Counted from the first letter of the stretch, positions 10,846 to 22,425 are shown. The stretch is 64,000 nt of DNA from Alphaproteobacteria bacterium (GCA_964291285.2 OZ219786.1:1280001-1344000); one strand, 5' to 3'. The notes: generated by a model from the sequence alone, not told the origin. Numbers and translations are program-made.

Positions 10846-13467
10846 ATGCTGGAGAAGACCTACCGTTCCGGCGCGGTGGAAGCGCCGCGCTATGACGCCT
10901 GGGAGCGCGCCGGCGCCTTTGCCGCGGGCGTGAGGACGAGCGCCCGGCCCTACACGATCATGATGCCGCCGCCGAATGTCACCGGCAGCCTGCATATGGG
11001 CCACGGCCTGACCTTCACGCTGCAGGACATCCTGATCCGCTACCACCGCATGAGGGACAGGGACGCGCTCTGGCAGCCCGGCACCGACCATGCCGGAATC
11101 GCGACGCAGATGGTGGTGGAGCGCCAGCTTGACGAGGAAGGGCTCAAGCGGACTGATCTCGGACGCGAGAAGTTCGTGGACCGGGTCTGGGAGTGGAAGG
11201 CGGAGTCGGGCGGGCAGATCACCCGCCAGCTCCGTTCGCTCGGCGCATCGGCCGACTGGGCGCGCGAGCGTTTCACCATGGATGAGGGCTTGTCGAAGGC
11301 GGTCATCAGGGTCTTCGTGCAGCTTTACCGGGAGGGCCTGATCTACAAGGACCAGCGGCTGGTGAACTGGGACCCGGCGCTGGAGACCGCGATCTCGGAC
11401 CTCGAGGTGCAGCAGACCGAGACCGACGGCCATCTCTGGTATATCCGCTATCCCGTCGAAGGCGGGGACGGCGAGATCCTGACCGTCGCCACGACGCGGC
11501 CCGAGACGATGCTGGGCGATACGGGCGTGGCCGTTCATCCGGACGACCCGCGCTACAGGCATCTGGTCGGCCGCCATTGCATCCTGCCACTGGTGGGCCG
11601 GAGACTCCCCATCGTCGCCGATGCCCATGCCGACCCGGAACAGGGCTCCGGCGCGGTCAAGATCACTCCGGCGCACGACTTCAACGATTTCGAGGTCGGG
11701 CGGCGCCACGGGCTGGATGTCGTAAACATCTTCGACCGGACCGCGCACCTGAACGACGCCGTGCCGGAGGCCTATCGCGGCCTGGAGCGCTTCGCCGCAC
11801 GAGAGCGCGTGGTCGCCGACCTGGAGACGGCGGGAGTGCTGGAGCGTGTCGAGCGCCACCGCCACACGGTCCCCTACGGCGACCGGGGCGGCGTGCCGAT
11901 CGAGCCCTACCTCACCGAGCAGTGGTATGCCGACGCCGCGACGCTCGCGAAGCCGGCCATCGAGGCGGTCGAGACCGGGCGCACGCGCTTCGTGCCGGAG
12001 ACCTGGGCGAAGACCTATTTCGAGTGGATGCGCAACATCCAGCCCTGGTGCATCTCGCGGCAGCTCTGGTGGGGGCACCGGATTCCGGCCTGGTACGGCC
12101 CGGAAGGCTCGGTGTTCGTGGCCGAGACCGAAGCGGAGGCGCGCGCGGAGGCCGAGGTGCGGTTCGGGCCGGGCGTGGAACTGCTGCAGGACCCGGACGT
12201 GCTCGACACCTGGTTCTCGTCCGCGCTCTGGCCCTTCTCGACCCTGGGCTGGCCGGAGCCTGCGCCGGAACTCAAGCGTTACTATCCCGGCGACGTGCTG
12301 GTGACGGGCTTCGACATCATCTTCTTCTGGGTCGCCCGGATGATGATGATGGGCCTGCACTTCATGGGCGAGGTGCCCTTCCGCACCGTTTATATCCATG
12401 CGCTTGTGCGCGACCAGCAGGGCGCCAAGATGTCCAAGTCCAAGGGCAACATCATCGACCCGCTGGACATGTGCGCAAGCTACGGGGCCGATGCGCTGCG
12501 GTTCACGCTGGCCGCGCTCGCCGCGCCGGGCCGCGACATCAAGCTCTCCGAAAGCCGGGTGGCGGGCTACCGCAATTTCACCACCAAGCTCTGGAACGCC
12601 GCGCGCTTCTGCGAGATGAACGGCTGTGCGCCCCGGCCCGGCTTCGATCCCGCCGGCGTCGAGCAAACGCTGAACCGCTGGATCGTCGCCCGGACCGTCG
12701 AGACGCGCCGGCAGGTGGAGGCGGCGATGGACGCCTACCGTTTCAACGAGGTGGCGGACGTGCTTTACCGTTTCGTCTGGGGCGAGTTCTGCGACTGGTT
12801 CATCGAGTTCGCCAAGCCGGTGTTCGCGGAGGGCGGCGAGGCTGCGGAAGAGACCCGCGCGGCCGCTGCCTGGGCGCTGGACCGCATATTGCGGATGCTG
12901 CACCCGCTGACGCCGTTCGTCACCGAGGAGTTGAACGAGGCGCTCGGATTGGTCGGGGGCGGCCTGATCGGCGCGGCCTGGCCCGGTGACGAGGCCGGGG
13001 AGGCGCCGGCCGAGATCGGCTGGACCATCCGGCTGATCTCCGAGGTCCGCCGGGTGCGGTCCGAACTCAACGTCCCGGCCGGCGCGAAGATCGACGCCGC
13101 GCTCGTCGGCGCCGACGGGGAGGCCGCCGCCCGCGCCGCCCGCAACGCGCCGCAGATACTCAGGCTGGCGCGGCTCGAATGCCTCGCCGAAGGCCCGGCG
13201 CCGGAAGGCTCGGTCGAGGTGGCGCTCCCCGGCGCAACGGTGGCGCTGAAGATCGCCGGGGTGATCGATTTCGGCAAGGAGCGCGAGCGCCTGGACCGCG
13301 AAATAGCGCAGATCGACGCTCGGATTTCGGGCCTCGACAGGAAGCTCGCCAACGAGCAGTTCCTCTCCCGCGCACCGGCGGAAGTAGTGGAAGACCAGCG
13401 CGAGCAGCGCGAAGAACTGGCCGGCCGCCGCGCGGCGCTGGAAGGCGCGCGCGCCCGGCTCGGTTGA
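10846..13467 (+). CDS. valS: valine--tRNA ligase
   Basis: [33 protein letters not shown]-terminal coiled coil. Confidence 0.97.
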   Translation: MLEKTYRSGAVEAPRYDAWERAGAFAAGVRTSARPYTIMMPPPNVTGSLHMGHGLTFTLQDILIRYHRMRDRDALWQPGTDHAGIATQMVVERQLDEEGLKRTDLGREKFVDRVWEWKAESGGQITRQLRSLGASADWARERFTMDEGLSKAVIRVFVQLYREGLIYKDQRLVNWDPALETAISDLEVQQTETDGHLWYIRYPVEGGDGEILTVATTRPETMLGDTGVAVHPDDPRYRHLVGRHCILPLVGRRLPIVADAHADPEQGSGAVKITPAHDFNDFEVGRRHGLDVVNIFDRTAHLNDAVPEAYRGLERFAARERVVADLETAGVLERVERHRHTVPYGDRGGVPIEPYLTEQWYADAATLAKPAIEAVETGRTRFVPETWAKTYFEWMRNIQPWCISRQLWWGHRIPAWYGPEGSVFVAETEAEARAEAEVRFGPGVELLQDPDVLDTWFSSALWPFSTLGWPEPAPELKRYYPGDVLVTGFDIIFFWVARMMMMGLHFMGEVPFRTVYIHALVRDQQGAKMSKSKGNIIDPLDMCASYGADALRFTLAALAAPGRDIKLSESRVAGYRNFTTKLWNAARFCEMNGCAPRPGFDPAGVEQTLNRWIVARTVETRRQVEAAMDAYRFNEVADVLYRFVWGEFCDWFIEFAKPVFAEGGEAAEETRAAAAWALDRILRMLHPLTPFVTEELNEALGLVGGGLIGAAWPGDEAGEAPAEIGWTIRLISEVRRVRSELNVPAGAKIDAALVGADGEAAARAARNAPQILRLARLECLAEGPAPEGSVEVALPGATVALKIAGVIDFGKERERLDREIAQIDARISGLDRKLANEQFLSRAPAEVVEDQREQREELAGRRAALEGARARLG

Positions 13468-13473
13468 AGGCGT

Positions 13474-14283
13474 ATGGCGATTCGTCTCACCGACATTTGG
13501 CCGATACGGGAGCCGGCCCTCTACAAGCTGCACTTCGCCCGCTACAACCAGTCCGAACAACCGCTCGACGTTTTCGTTCGCAGCCGGGAAGAATGGCAAG
13601 GCTGGCAGGAGTTTCGACCCAAAAACAACCAGTTCAACCGCCGGTATATCTTCTCGGTGATCGATTTCTATCGGGAGCCTGAAATCTGGTTGTTCGGCGG
13701 TGTGTGGGAAGTCATGGAGCGGCTACCAGACAGATACGTCGTATCCCTGACCGAACAGGGCCGCGACTTCATCGGACGCCTCAATCTGCATTCTCCCTAC
13801 CGTCAACGGGCAACCCGCGTGGATTTCGAGAAACGCCTGGACGAATTCACGGTAAACGAAATTCTCAGAGAGGAGTATTCCGGGATCGATTTTCCGGGCC
13901 ATGACCGGATCGACATCGGTTTCGGCGAGCTGGAATCGCTCATCCGCAACGACCGGCCTGATTGGCGCGGCGCTTTGGAGAACGCAAAGGGCGTTTATCT
14001 GATCACCGACGCGGGAACGGGGCGGCTGTATGTTGGGGCTGCCTACGGCGATGGCGGCGTCTGGTCTCGTTGGCGCGAATACAGCGCGACCGGACATGGC
14101 AACAATGCCGACCTGAAGGAATTGCTCAAGAATCGCGGTCTGGACTATTGCCGGAAGCATTTCCGGTTTTCGCTTCTGGAAAGCCATACCGCCCGTATTG
14201 CCGACGCCATGATTGTCGAACGCGAAACGCACTGGAAGCGGGTTCTGCAATCGCGTGGGGAATTCGGCTTCAACAGGAATTGA
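13474..14283 (+). CDS. GIY-YIG nuclease family protein
   Basis: GVYLITD...LYVGAAYG...RWREY, later E and terminal N; visibly lower GC than valS. Confidence 0.82.
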   Translation: MAIRLTDIWPIREPALYKLHFARYNQSEQPLDVFVRSREEWQGWQEFRPKNNQFNRRYIFSVIDFYREPEIWLFGGVWEVMERLPDRYVVSLTEQGRDFIGRLNLHSPYRQRATRVDFEKRLDEFTVNEILREEYSGIDFPGHDRIDIGFGELESLIRNDRPDWRGALENAKGVYLITDAGTGRLYVGAAYGDGGVWSRWREYSATGHGNNADLKELLKNRGLDYCRKHFRFSLLESHTARIADAMIVERETHWKRVLQSRGEFGFNRN

Positions 14284-14526
14284 GTCTGCCGGATCCCGGG
14301 TTGTGCCGGGGCGCTCGATGCAGGGTTCAGGCTAGGCGGCGTTCCGATGCGTTTCCCTTCCGTCCGGCGGGCGGGGTCGGGACACGGCTCCGGTCTTGAG
14401 CCCTGCCCCAACCGCCTACGCGGGGGCAGGCAAGTCCGGGACGATAAGGGCAGGCCGCGCTCAGTATTTTTTCCCATTTATTTCAAGACGTTGGCACGAA
14501 AAGAGAAAAAGCTTTCCCGTAGGGGC

Positions 14527-14566
14527 TTGCAATCCGGGAAAAGCATTACCAGAATAAAAAGCGAAC
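14527..14566 (+). promoter_or_regulatory. sigma70-like promoter overlapping an alphaproteobacterial LexA (SOS) box
   Basis: TTGCAA(14527)-N17-CAGAAT; GAAT-AAAAAGC-GAAC at 14552-14566 fits GAAC-N7-GAAC. Confidence 0.55.
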
Positions 14567-14694
14567 ACAAAACCGGAGGCGGTCAACCGGGGCCGCATTT
14601 GCGGGGCGTTCTTCTGCAGGGGGGCGTCCCGCCTCCCCCGAACCCGGCCGGCGGGGCGCGTTCCGTCCCGGCGGGAGAGCGACTGTGTTGTCGG

Positions 14695-15762
<1,068 letters not shown>

Positions 15763-15777
15763 TCATGAGGATGCTAA

Positions 15778-17854
15778 TACCACCGGCCACAGATAAGAAC
15801 CGATTAGCCTCTCTCGGCGGAGATTACCTCTTGCAGTAGGAGGCCTCGGCTCAGGGGGCGAGCTGCGGAGGGAGGCTCTGCTATGAGGCGTGTGCGCTGT
15901 TTGGAAGTGCTTTCTGAGCAAGGCATTGCGGAGGGTCTGGATTTTTCTTACCCCGTCAGGATGGCTGATTTCCGGGGTTTTTGCGGTTTGGAGGGAAAGG
16001 TTTTGTGGATTTCCACCCCATGGCCGTGCGCGGGCTGGTTTTCGGGCGCGTCGCGTTGAGGCGCGGGACTGAGTAGAAGGTGTCGCCATCGGGCCTGCGG
16101 CCCTTGTTCCATCCACCGGCGCTGGTTGGGAGAACGTGATGGCGACAGCGGAGAAGTTAGCCTTTTCGTGGTGGTCTGTGGAGGGCCTTGCGGACCTTGA
16201 GCGTCTGCGTGTGGTGCTCGACACGCTTCCCGACGAGAAGGTTGTGGCGGCGCTTGAGGCGGGTCGAGGCCGGGGTCGCAACGACTACCCGGTGCGGGCG
16301 ATGTGGCGGGCTCTGATCGCGGGGATCGTGTTCCAGCATGCCTCGATGCAGTCGCTGCTGCGTGAGCTGGGCCGCAACCCGGCATTGCTTGAGATTTGCG
16401 GGTTCGAGGCGCTGCCCTTGCAGGGTGCGCCGGTGGTGGCGCTTTGCGCAGGGCGCGCGGTGAGGCGTCCGGCGCCGTTGCGCTCGACGGTGCCGGGCGC
16501 CTGGAACTTCTCGCGGTTCCTGGGGCGCGTGGTGCGCCTTGAGGACGAGCGCGGCCTTGTGTCGGGGATGATCGGGCGTCTGCGCGCCTCGCTGTTCGAG
16601 GAGTTGCCGGACTTCGGTCGCCATCTCGGCTACGACGGCAAGGCGGTGGCGAGCCACTCGACGGGCCGGGTTGCCGGGGCCAGGGGGCAGACCTCGGACC
16701 CCGATGCGGACTGGGGCAGGCACGAGACGGGCGGGGTGAACGCGAAGACCGGCGCGGTGTGGAAGAAGGTGAAGTCGTGGTTCGGCTACGGGCTGCACCT
16801 GATCGCCGACACGGACCAGGAGGTTCCTGTGGCCTTCGAGGTGACGCGGGCGTCGGCATCGGAACCCGGGGTGCTGTCCGGGATGCTGGAGGAGTTGTTC
16901 GCCGAGGCGCCGGAGATGGCCGGGCGCTGCGCCGATTTCAGCGCCGACCGCGGTCTCGACAACGCCCGCCTGAAGGCGCGGCTGTGGGACAGGTGGCATA
17001 TCCGCCCGCTGATCGACACGCGCCTGATGTGGCGGGTCGAGAAGAAGGAGCCGGGCCATGACCCGGCCCGGCCGATCACGCGACCGCTGTTCCCCGGGCG
17101 CGCCGACGTCATCGTTCATGACGAACGCGGCCGGGTGTCCTGCGTGTGCCCGCAGACCGGCGAGGTCCGCGCCATGGCCTTCCAGGGGTTCGAGGTCGGG
17201 CGCGGCGTCTGCGGCACGCTCAAATACCGCTGCCCCGCAGCCGCCTTCGGCTTCGAGTGCAAGGGACGCCGGGCCTGCCATCGGGCGGGTGGGGTGAAGT
17301 CCGGCGAATACGGCCGCATCCTGCGCGTCGACCTCGACAGCCATGACCGGCGTATCTTCACGCCCACGCCCTGGGGCAGCCCGTCATGGCGGCGCGGATA
17401 CAACCGGCGCACCGCCATGGAGCGGATCAACGCCCGCCTCGACCGCAGCTTCAACTTCGAGACCCATTACATCCGCGGACGCGCGAAGATGAAGACCCGC
17501 ATCGGGCTGGCCCTGGCGGTCATGATGGCCATGGCGCTTGCACAGGCCCGCGCCGGACGCGTCGCACGCATGCGCTCCCTGGTCGGCCCGGCGCCATACC
17601 TCGATACCGGCTGACCCCTCAGCCGACTGCCGACAACGCTGACCCAACCCGCCGGACCCCGGCATACGGACACCCGCGACCGAAGGCCGGCGATGCTGCC
17701 GGGCTGGGCCGCTCAAGTTCGAAAAGCAACCGCGGCGACCGCCTCGAACGCCGGAACAAACAACATCAACACCCGGACCCAACGTCCCATCCGACCGGAA
17801 AAACCCCACAGCGCAAATTTCTCTGCTATAGGTTCCAATCAACGACCGTTGGTA
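15778..17854 (+). mobile_element. IS1182/IS5-like DDE element nested in the IS1634 end
   Basis: Imperfect TIRs TACCACCGGCCACAGATAAGAACC / GGTTCCAATCAACGACCGTTGGTA; TAA duplication at 15775-15777 and 17855-17857. Confidence 0.75.
16136..17614 (+). CDS. DDE transposase with DUF772-like N-terminus (IS1182-like)
   Basis: GRNDYPVRAMWRAL, YDGKAV, WFGYGLHLIAD, ADRGLD, RTAMERINARL. Confidence 0.85.
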   Translation: MMATAEKLAFSWWSVEGLADLERLRVVLDTLPDEKVVAALEAGRGRGRNDYPVRAMWRALIAGIVFQHASMQSLLRELGRNPALLEICGFEALPLQGAPVVALCAGRAVRRPAPLRSTVPGAWNFSRFLGRVVRLEDERGLVSGMIGRLRASLFEELPDFGRHLGYDGKAVASHSTGRVAGARGQTSDPDADWGRHETGGVNAKTGAVWKKVKSWFGYGLHLIADTDQEVPVAFEVTRASASEPGVLSGMLEELFAEAPEMAGRCADFSADRGLDNARLKARLWDRWHIRPLIDTRLMWRVEKKEPGHDPARPITRPLFPGRADVIVHDERGRVSCVCPQTGEVRAMAFQGFEVGRGVCGTLKYRCPAAAFGFECKGRRACHRAGGVKSGEYGRILRVDLDSHDRRIFTPTPWGSPSWRRGYNRRTAMERINARLDRSFNFETHYIRGRAKMKTRIGLALAVMMAMALAQARAGRVARMRSLVGPAPYLDTG

Positions 17855-17888
17855 TAACTCATTGAATAGCCTTGATCGTCTCCCCGAG

Positions 17889-19740
17889 GGTCGGCACTAC
17901 AAGGCGGCGAACGGAGAGGCGGCGCCGTGTGCCGTCAGGCGGAGATCCGGGGTGCGGGTTGCTGCGGCCAGGTCATGCCGAGCTGTTGCAGCAGTAGCTC
18001 GTGCTCCTTGTTCGGCCGGGTGTGGCGCGGCAGGACGAGGTGCCGGCCGTCGGTGGTTGGCAGATGGACGTCCACCATCTGGATGGTGGCGAAGGCCTCA
18101 AGGATGGCGCGTGGGGTGAGGCCCGGGGCGCGCGGCCGGGCGAGGTTCTTCAGGGTCACCAGCAGGCAGTAGGCGATGAACGAGACGAAGATATGCGCCT
18201 CGATGCGCTCTTGGCGCTGATGGAAGATGGGGCGGATCGCGAGGTCGTGCTTGAGTTCCTTGAACGCCTGCTCGATCTCGACGAGCTGCATGTACAGATG
18301 CCACAGCGTGGCGGGGTCTTCGGCGACCATGTTGGATCGCAGCAGGTAACGGCCCTCGCGGCGGCGGACCTGGCGCAGCCGGTCGCGCTGCAGGCGGAAT
18401 GAGAAGCCGTTGGCGGCGAGTTCGCTGTCGGTCCCGGGCACGGTGATGTCGACCAGGCTCCAGGCCCGGCCGGCCTCCTTCCTGGCGGCGCCGAGCTTGA
18501 GCAACAACTGATCCCGGCTGTTCGACTGCCCTTGCAACTCGGCCAATCGACGCCACAGCCTCTTCAGCCGGCGCCGGCGCATGCCGCGTTCCTTCACCTG
18601 CCGCCCCTCGCTGCGCACCAGGACGTAGAGCTCGCCATCCTCGACCAGAAGCTTGACAGTCACGGACTGGCGCACCTCCTGCCAGGGCAGGCCCAGGAAC
18701 ACCTTCTCGAGCCGCGTCAGCCGGCCCTTGGGCGTGCCCACCAGGTAGCGCACCGGCGCCTCGCCCTCGCGCATCGCGGCCAGCGTCTCCTCGGTGGGGA
18801 TGCCGCGGTCCATGATCCACACCCGCTCGGAGCGGCCATACTGATCCTCGATCTTCTTGAGGAACGCCGCCAGCGTGGTGTCGTCGGAGGTGTTGCCCGG
18901 CATCACCTCATAGGCCAGCGGAAAGCCCTGCGGCGTAACGATCAGGGCGATCACCACCTGCACGCAGTCGGGCCGCTTGTCCCGGCTGTAGCCGAAGCGG
19001 CGCTTGTCATCGAACGGCGGATCGCTCTCGAAGTAGGTCGAGGTCAGGTCGTAGAGCAGCACGTCGAAGCGCGCCTCGAACAGCGTCGCCCAGCGGTCGC
19101 GCAGAAACGAGAAGAAGCCCTGCTTGTGCGCCAGCAGCTTGTCGAGACAGCGATAGAGTGTGTCGTCGGCGATCGCCCGCTCGCCACCCAGAAGATCGCG
19201 AAGCGCGCTGTGCTCATACCAGTGACGGTGAAGGCGCCACTCGCTGCCCGGGTCGATCAGCCGGTAGCAGACCTGGATCTTCAGGATGTCCAGCCACCGC
19301 GTGCCTTGCCGGCTCGCCGGCAGCCGCTCTTCCCAGAAGCGGTCCAGGTCCAGGCGGTCCCACAAGGACAGCGCCAGCCAGCACGCCCCCCACTGGCGCG
19401 GGTCGTGAAGCGCCACCTGCGAGAGGTCGATCTTCACCACTTCGCAAGTCAGCGCCGGCGCCTCCCGGTCCTCGGGAAACAGCGCCATCTGCCGTGATCG
19501 CGACTTGCCCTCCACCACCTCGATCGAGCGGCACCACGCCGCTCGCTGGCTGTCGTTGATCTCCCCGAGATAGAGCACCTGACGCTGAACAACCCGACCG
19601 CCGTGGACCCGGACGTTCTCCACAACGCTCCAGTAGCGGTGCTCCTTGCCGTCCTTGAAGCGTCTCTTGCAGCGCACGAACATCAGCGCAGCGTCCGGAT
19701 CTTCGCCAGCCCGATCAAGGGGGTAGGTCGGCACTACAAG
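17889..19740. repeat. 15-bp direct repeat flanking the IS1634 transposase gene
   Basis: GGTCGGCACTACAAG at 17889-17903 and 19726-19740. Confidence 0.85.
17935..19683 (-). CDS. IS1634 family transposase
   Basis: LLYDLTSTYFE, GYSRDKRPDCVQV, IMDRGI, IEQAFKELK, RPIFHQ. Confidence 0.93.
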   Translation of the reverse strand: MFVRCKRRFKDGKEHRYWSVVENVRVHGGRVVQRQVLYLGEINDSQRAAWCRSIEVVEGKSRSRQMALFPEDREAPALTCEVVKIDLSQVALHDPRQWGACWLALSLWDRLDLDRFWEERLPASRQGTRWLDILKIQVCYRLIDPGSEWRLHRHWYEHSALRDLLGGERAIADDTLYRCLDKLLAHKQGFFSFLRDRWATLFEARFDVLLYDLTSTYFESDPPFDDKRRFGYSRDKRPDCVQVVIALIVTPQGFPLAYEVMPGNTSDDTTLAAFLKKIEDQYGRSERVWIMDRGIPTEETLAAMREGEAPVRYLVGTPKGRLTRLEKVFLGLPWQEVRQSVTVKLLVEDGELYVLVRSEGRQVKERGMRRRRLKRLWRRLAELQGQSNSRDQLLLKLGAARKEAGRAWSLVDITVPGTDSELAANGFSFRLQRDRLRQVRRREGRYLLRSNMVAEDPATLWHLYMQLVEIEQAFKELKHDLAIRPIFHQRQERIEAHIFVSFIAYCLLVTLKNLARPRAPGLTPRAILEAFATIQMVDVHLPTTDGRHLVLPRHTRPNKEHELLLQQLGMTWPQQPAPRISA

Positions 19741-19996
19741 CCGGTCCCGAGAGGTACTGCACCGAAATCCGACACTTCTCGCGCCGGAAAACCGTCAAAT
19801 CAGTCGATTCTCAAGCCGAGTTGCGGAAGTCGGGTTAGGGTCCCGCCGGTCGGGCAAGCCGGCGGCGGGAAGATCAGAATGAAGACCGATCGGGAGGACA
19901 GGCCCATGCCGAAGACACGAAGCCGGAGAGCCCGGATGCAGTACCCGGAGCCCATACCCGAACAGGATACAGGATATGAACATTGCGCATGCGGAT

Positions 19997-20065
19997 CATG
20001 ACATTTCATGACGCATACCGCTGGGTCCTGCCGGCGCGCATGACAAAACATGACATCCCATGACA
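19997..20065. repeat. CATGACA tandem repeats with 10-bp period (2+3 copies)
   Basis: Copies start at 19997, 20007 (CATGACG), 20039, 20049 and 20059; the same triplet occurs at 35696-35722. Confidence 0.85.
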
Positions 20066-20164
20066 CCCCCGGCGGATCGTTTCGCCTTCTCGGGCCCTTG
20101 CCCGGCAGGTCCGGGAGGGAGAGCGCCGGCTCGCCTTGACAAGAGGGGAAGCGCCCGGCTAACC

Positions 20165-20182
20165 GGGTCACAAAAGCGTCAC
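20165..20182 (+). promoter_or_regulatory. putative Pho box upstream of phnG
   Basis: GGGTCAC-AAAA-GCGTCAC (7-4-7 spacing, consensus CTGTCAT); TTGACA at 20136. Confidence 0.55.
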
Positions 20183-20229
20183 CGGGCTTTGCTCTTATGA
20201 GCGCCGGGCAAGCTGGAGCGGCAGGAACC

Positions 20230-20697
20230 ATGCCGACCTCGACGGGTTCGGACCCGCAGATTGCGGCGCGGCAGCGATGGATGGGCGTTCTCGCCAGGGC
20301 GGAAGACGGCGCGCTTGAAGCCGCCTGGACCGGTCTGGCCGAACGGCCCGAATACCGGGTCCTGCGACCGCCGGAGACCGGACTCGTCATGGTGCGCGGG
20401 CGCATGGGCGGCACGGGAAGCGCCTTCAACATGGGCGAGATGAGCGCCACGCGCTGCGCCGTGCAGCTGGAGGGCGGCACGGTCGGCATCGCCTGGGTCG
20501 CGGGTCGCAGCGCCCGCCATGCCGAACTCGCGGCGGCCTTCGACGCCCTGCTCCAGCAGCCGGAGCGCCGCGACGGGCTGGAGGAAACCGTCATTGCCCC
20601 GCTGGAATCGGCAGAGCGCGCCCGGCGGGAGGAGGACCGCGTGAACGCCGCCAGTTCGCGGGTCGAGTTCTTCACCATGGCCCGCGAGCGGGAGTGA
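20230..20697 (+). CDS. phnG: C-P lyase subunit PhnG
   Basis: RQRWMGVLA, PETGLVMVRGRMGGTGSAFNMGEM, SRVEFFTM; start could be 20197. Confidence 0.93.
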   Translation: MPTSTGSDPQIAARQRWMGVLARAEDGALEAAWTGLAERPEYRVLRPPETGLVMVRGRMGGTGSAFNMGEMSATRCAVQLEGGTVGIAWVAGRSARHAELAAAFDALLQQPERRDGLEETVIAPLESAERARREEDRVNAASSRVEFFTMARERE

Positions 20698-21308
20698 GGC
20701 CCGTGGCGGCAACGGGCAACGGATCGGCGCTCCGGCCCGGCTTCGGCGCCCCGGTGCCGGACAGCCAGCAGGTGTTCCGCTGCGTGCTCCGGGCGATGTC
20801 CGAGCCCGGCTCACAGCAGGATATCGCAGTCGATCTGGCCCCGCCCGCGCCGCTGGATCGCGCGACCGCCGCTCTCTGCCTGACCCTGCTGGATTTCGAG
20901 ACGCCGGTCTGGCTGGACGCGGCGGCGGATTGCGAGGACGTGCGGGCCTGGCTCCGCTTCCATTGCGGCTGTCCGCTTGTGGAGGAGACGGACGCCGCGC
21001 GCTTCGCCGTCATGGCCGCCCCGGCGCAGATGCCGGCCCTCGACGCCTTCCCGCTCGGTTCGGAGGCCTATCCGGACGAGAGCGCGACCGTCATCCTCCA
21101 GGTCCCATCCCTGGAAGTAGGCGAGGCGGTCTCGCTCCGCGGCCCGGGAATCGAGGACTGCCGGGAGTTTCGCGCGGCCGGCATTGCCGGGGATTTCTGG
21201 ACGCAGCGCCGGGAGATGGAGGCGCTGTTTCCGCAGGGCGTGGACCTTGTGTTCGCATCGGGCGCAAGCCTCGCAGCCGTGCCGCGCTCCACTGAGGTGA
21301 GGTTCTGA
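20694..21308 (+). CDS. phnH: C-P lyase subunit PhnH
   Basis: SQQVFRCVLRAMSEPG, LTLLDFETPVWL, WLRFHCG, YPDESAT, LRGPGI, FPQGVD. Confidence 0.93.
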   Translation: MRPVAATGNGSALRPGFGAPVPDSQQVFRCVLRAMSEPGSQQDIAVDLAPPAPLDRATAALCLTLLDFETPVWLDAAADCEDVRAWLRFHCGCPLVEETDAARFAVMAAPAQMPALDAFPLGSEAYPDESATVILQVPSLEVGEAVSLRGPGIEDCREFRAAGIAGDFWTQRREMEALFPQGVDLVFASGASLAAVPRSTEVRF

Positions 21309-21309
21309 G

Positions 21310-22419
21310 ATGTATGTCGCGGTCAAGGGCGGCGAGAAGGCCATAGAGGCGTCCCACCGACTGCTGGACGAGGCCCGGCGCGGCGACCCGTCCGTGCCGG
21401 AGGTCTCCACCCGGCAGATAGCGGAGCAGCTCGGGCTCGCTGTGGACCGTGTAATGGCCGAGGGCTCGCTTTACGACCGGGAGCTTGCGGCGCTTGCGAT
21501 CAAGCAGGCGCAGGGAGACCTGATCGAAGCCGTCTTCCTGCTGCGCGCCTACCGCACGACCCTGCCGCGCCTCGCCAACAGCGAGCCCGTCGATACCGCC
21601 CGCATGGCGATCCGCCGGCGGATTTCCGCGACCTTCAAGGACATTCCGGGCGGCCAGATCCTCGGCCCGACCTACGACTACACCCACCGCCTGCTGGATT
21701 TCCGGCTCGCCGGCGAAGGCGGCTCCGGCGGCAGGGCCGCGGCCCCGGTAGAACGGGCGGATGTGCCGGACGGGGAGCCGATGCCCCGCGTTGCGGACCT
21801 GCTGGGCCATGAAGGCCTGATCGAGGAGGAAGCCGCCCCGGACGCCGCCGGGGCGCCGCCGACGGACATCACCAGGGAGCCGCTCAGGTTCCCCGCCGGG
21901 CGCGACGCGCGGCTCCAGACGCTGGCGCGCGGCGACGAGGGCTTCCTGCTGGCGCTCGGTTATTCGAGCCAGCGCGGCTTCTCGAACAACCATCCCTTCG
22001 CCGGAGAAATCCGCTACGGGACGGTCGCAGTGGAGGTCGTGCCGGAGGAGCTCGGCTTCGCCGTCGAGATCGGCGAAATCGAGGTGACCGAAGTGCAGAT
22101 GGTCAACCAGTTCAAGGGCAGCGCCGGGGCGCCGCCGCAATTCACGCGGGGATACGGGCTCGTCTTCGGCCACCAGGAGCGCAAGGCCATGTCGATGGCG
22201 CTGGTGGACCGCGCCCTGCGCGCGGCCGAGCTTGACGAAGCGGCGGTCTCCCCGGCGCAGGACGAGGAGTTCGTGCTCTATCACAGCGACAATGTCGAGG
22301 CGTCGGGTTTCGTGCAGCACCTGAAGCTGCCGCACTATGTCGATTTCCAGTCGGAGCTCGAATTGCTGCGGAAACTCAGGACCGAGTTCGAAGCCCGGCC
22401 CGCCGAGGCGGCGGAGTAG
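21310..22419 (+). CDS. phnI: C-P lyase subunit PhnI
   Basis: MYVAVKGGEKAI, GGQILGPTYDY, HSDNVEASGFVQHLKLPHYVDFQ. Confidence 0.97.
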   Translation: MYVAVKGGEKAIEASHRLLDEARRGDPSVPEVSTRQIAEQLGLAVDRVMAEGSLYDRELAALAIKQAQGDLIEAVFLLRAYRTTLPRLANSEPVDTARMAIRRRISATFKDIPGGQILGPTYDYTHRLLDFRLAGEGGSGGRAAAPVERADVPDGEPMPRVADLLGHEGLIEEEAAPDAAGAPPTDITREPLRFPAGRDARLQTLARGDEGFLLALGYSSQRGFSNNHPFAGEIRYGTVAVEVVPEELGFAVEIGEIEVTEVQMVNQFKGSAGAPPQFTRGYGLVFGHQERKAMSMALVDRALRAAELDEAAVSPAQDEEFVLYHSDNVEASGFVQHLKLPHYVDFQSELELLRKLRTEFEARPAEAAE

Positions 22420-22425
22420 GCGCCG

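Noticed and set aside
19879-20001. Short ORF MKTDREDRPMPK...
   Set aside because: No motif or convincing coding signal; it lies within the repeat element.
19997-20065. TGTCATG repeats as Pho boxes for phnG
   Set aside because: The period is 10 bp rather than 11, the orientation is reversed, and the same block recurs at 35.7 kb away from phn genes. A better Pho box is at 20165.
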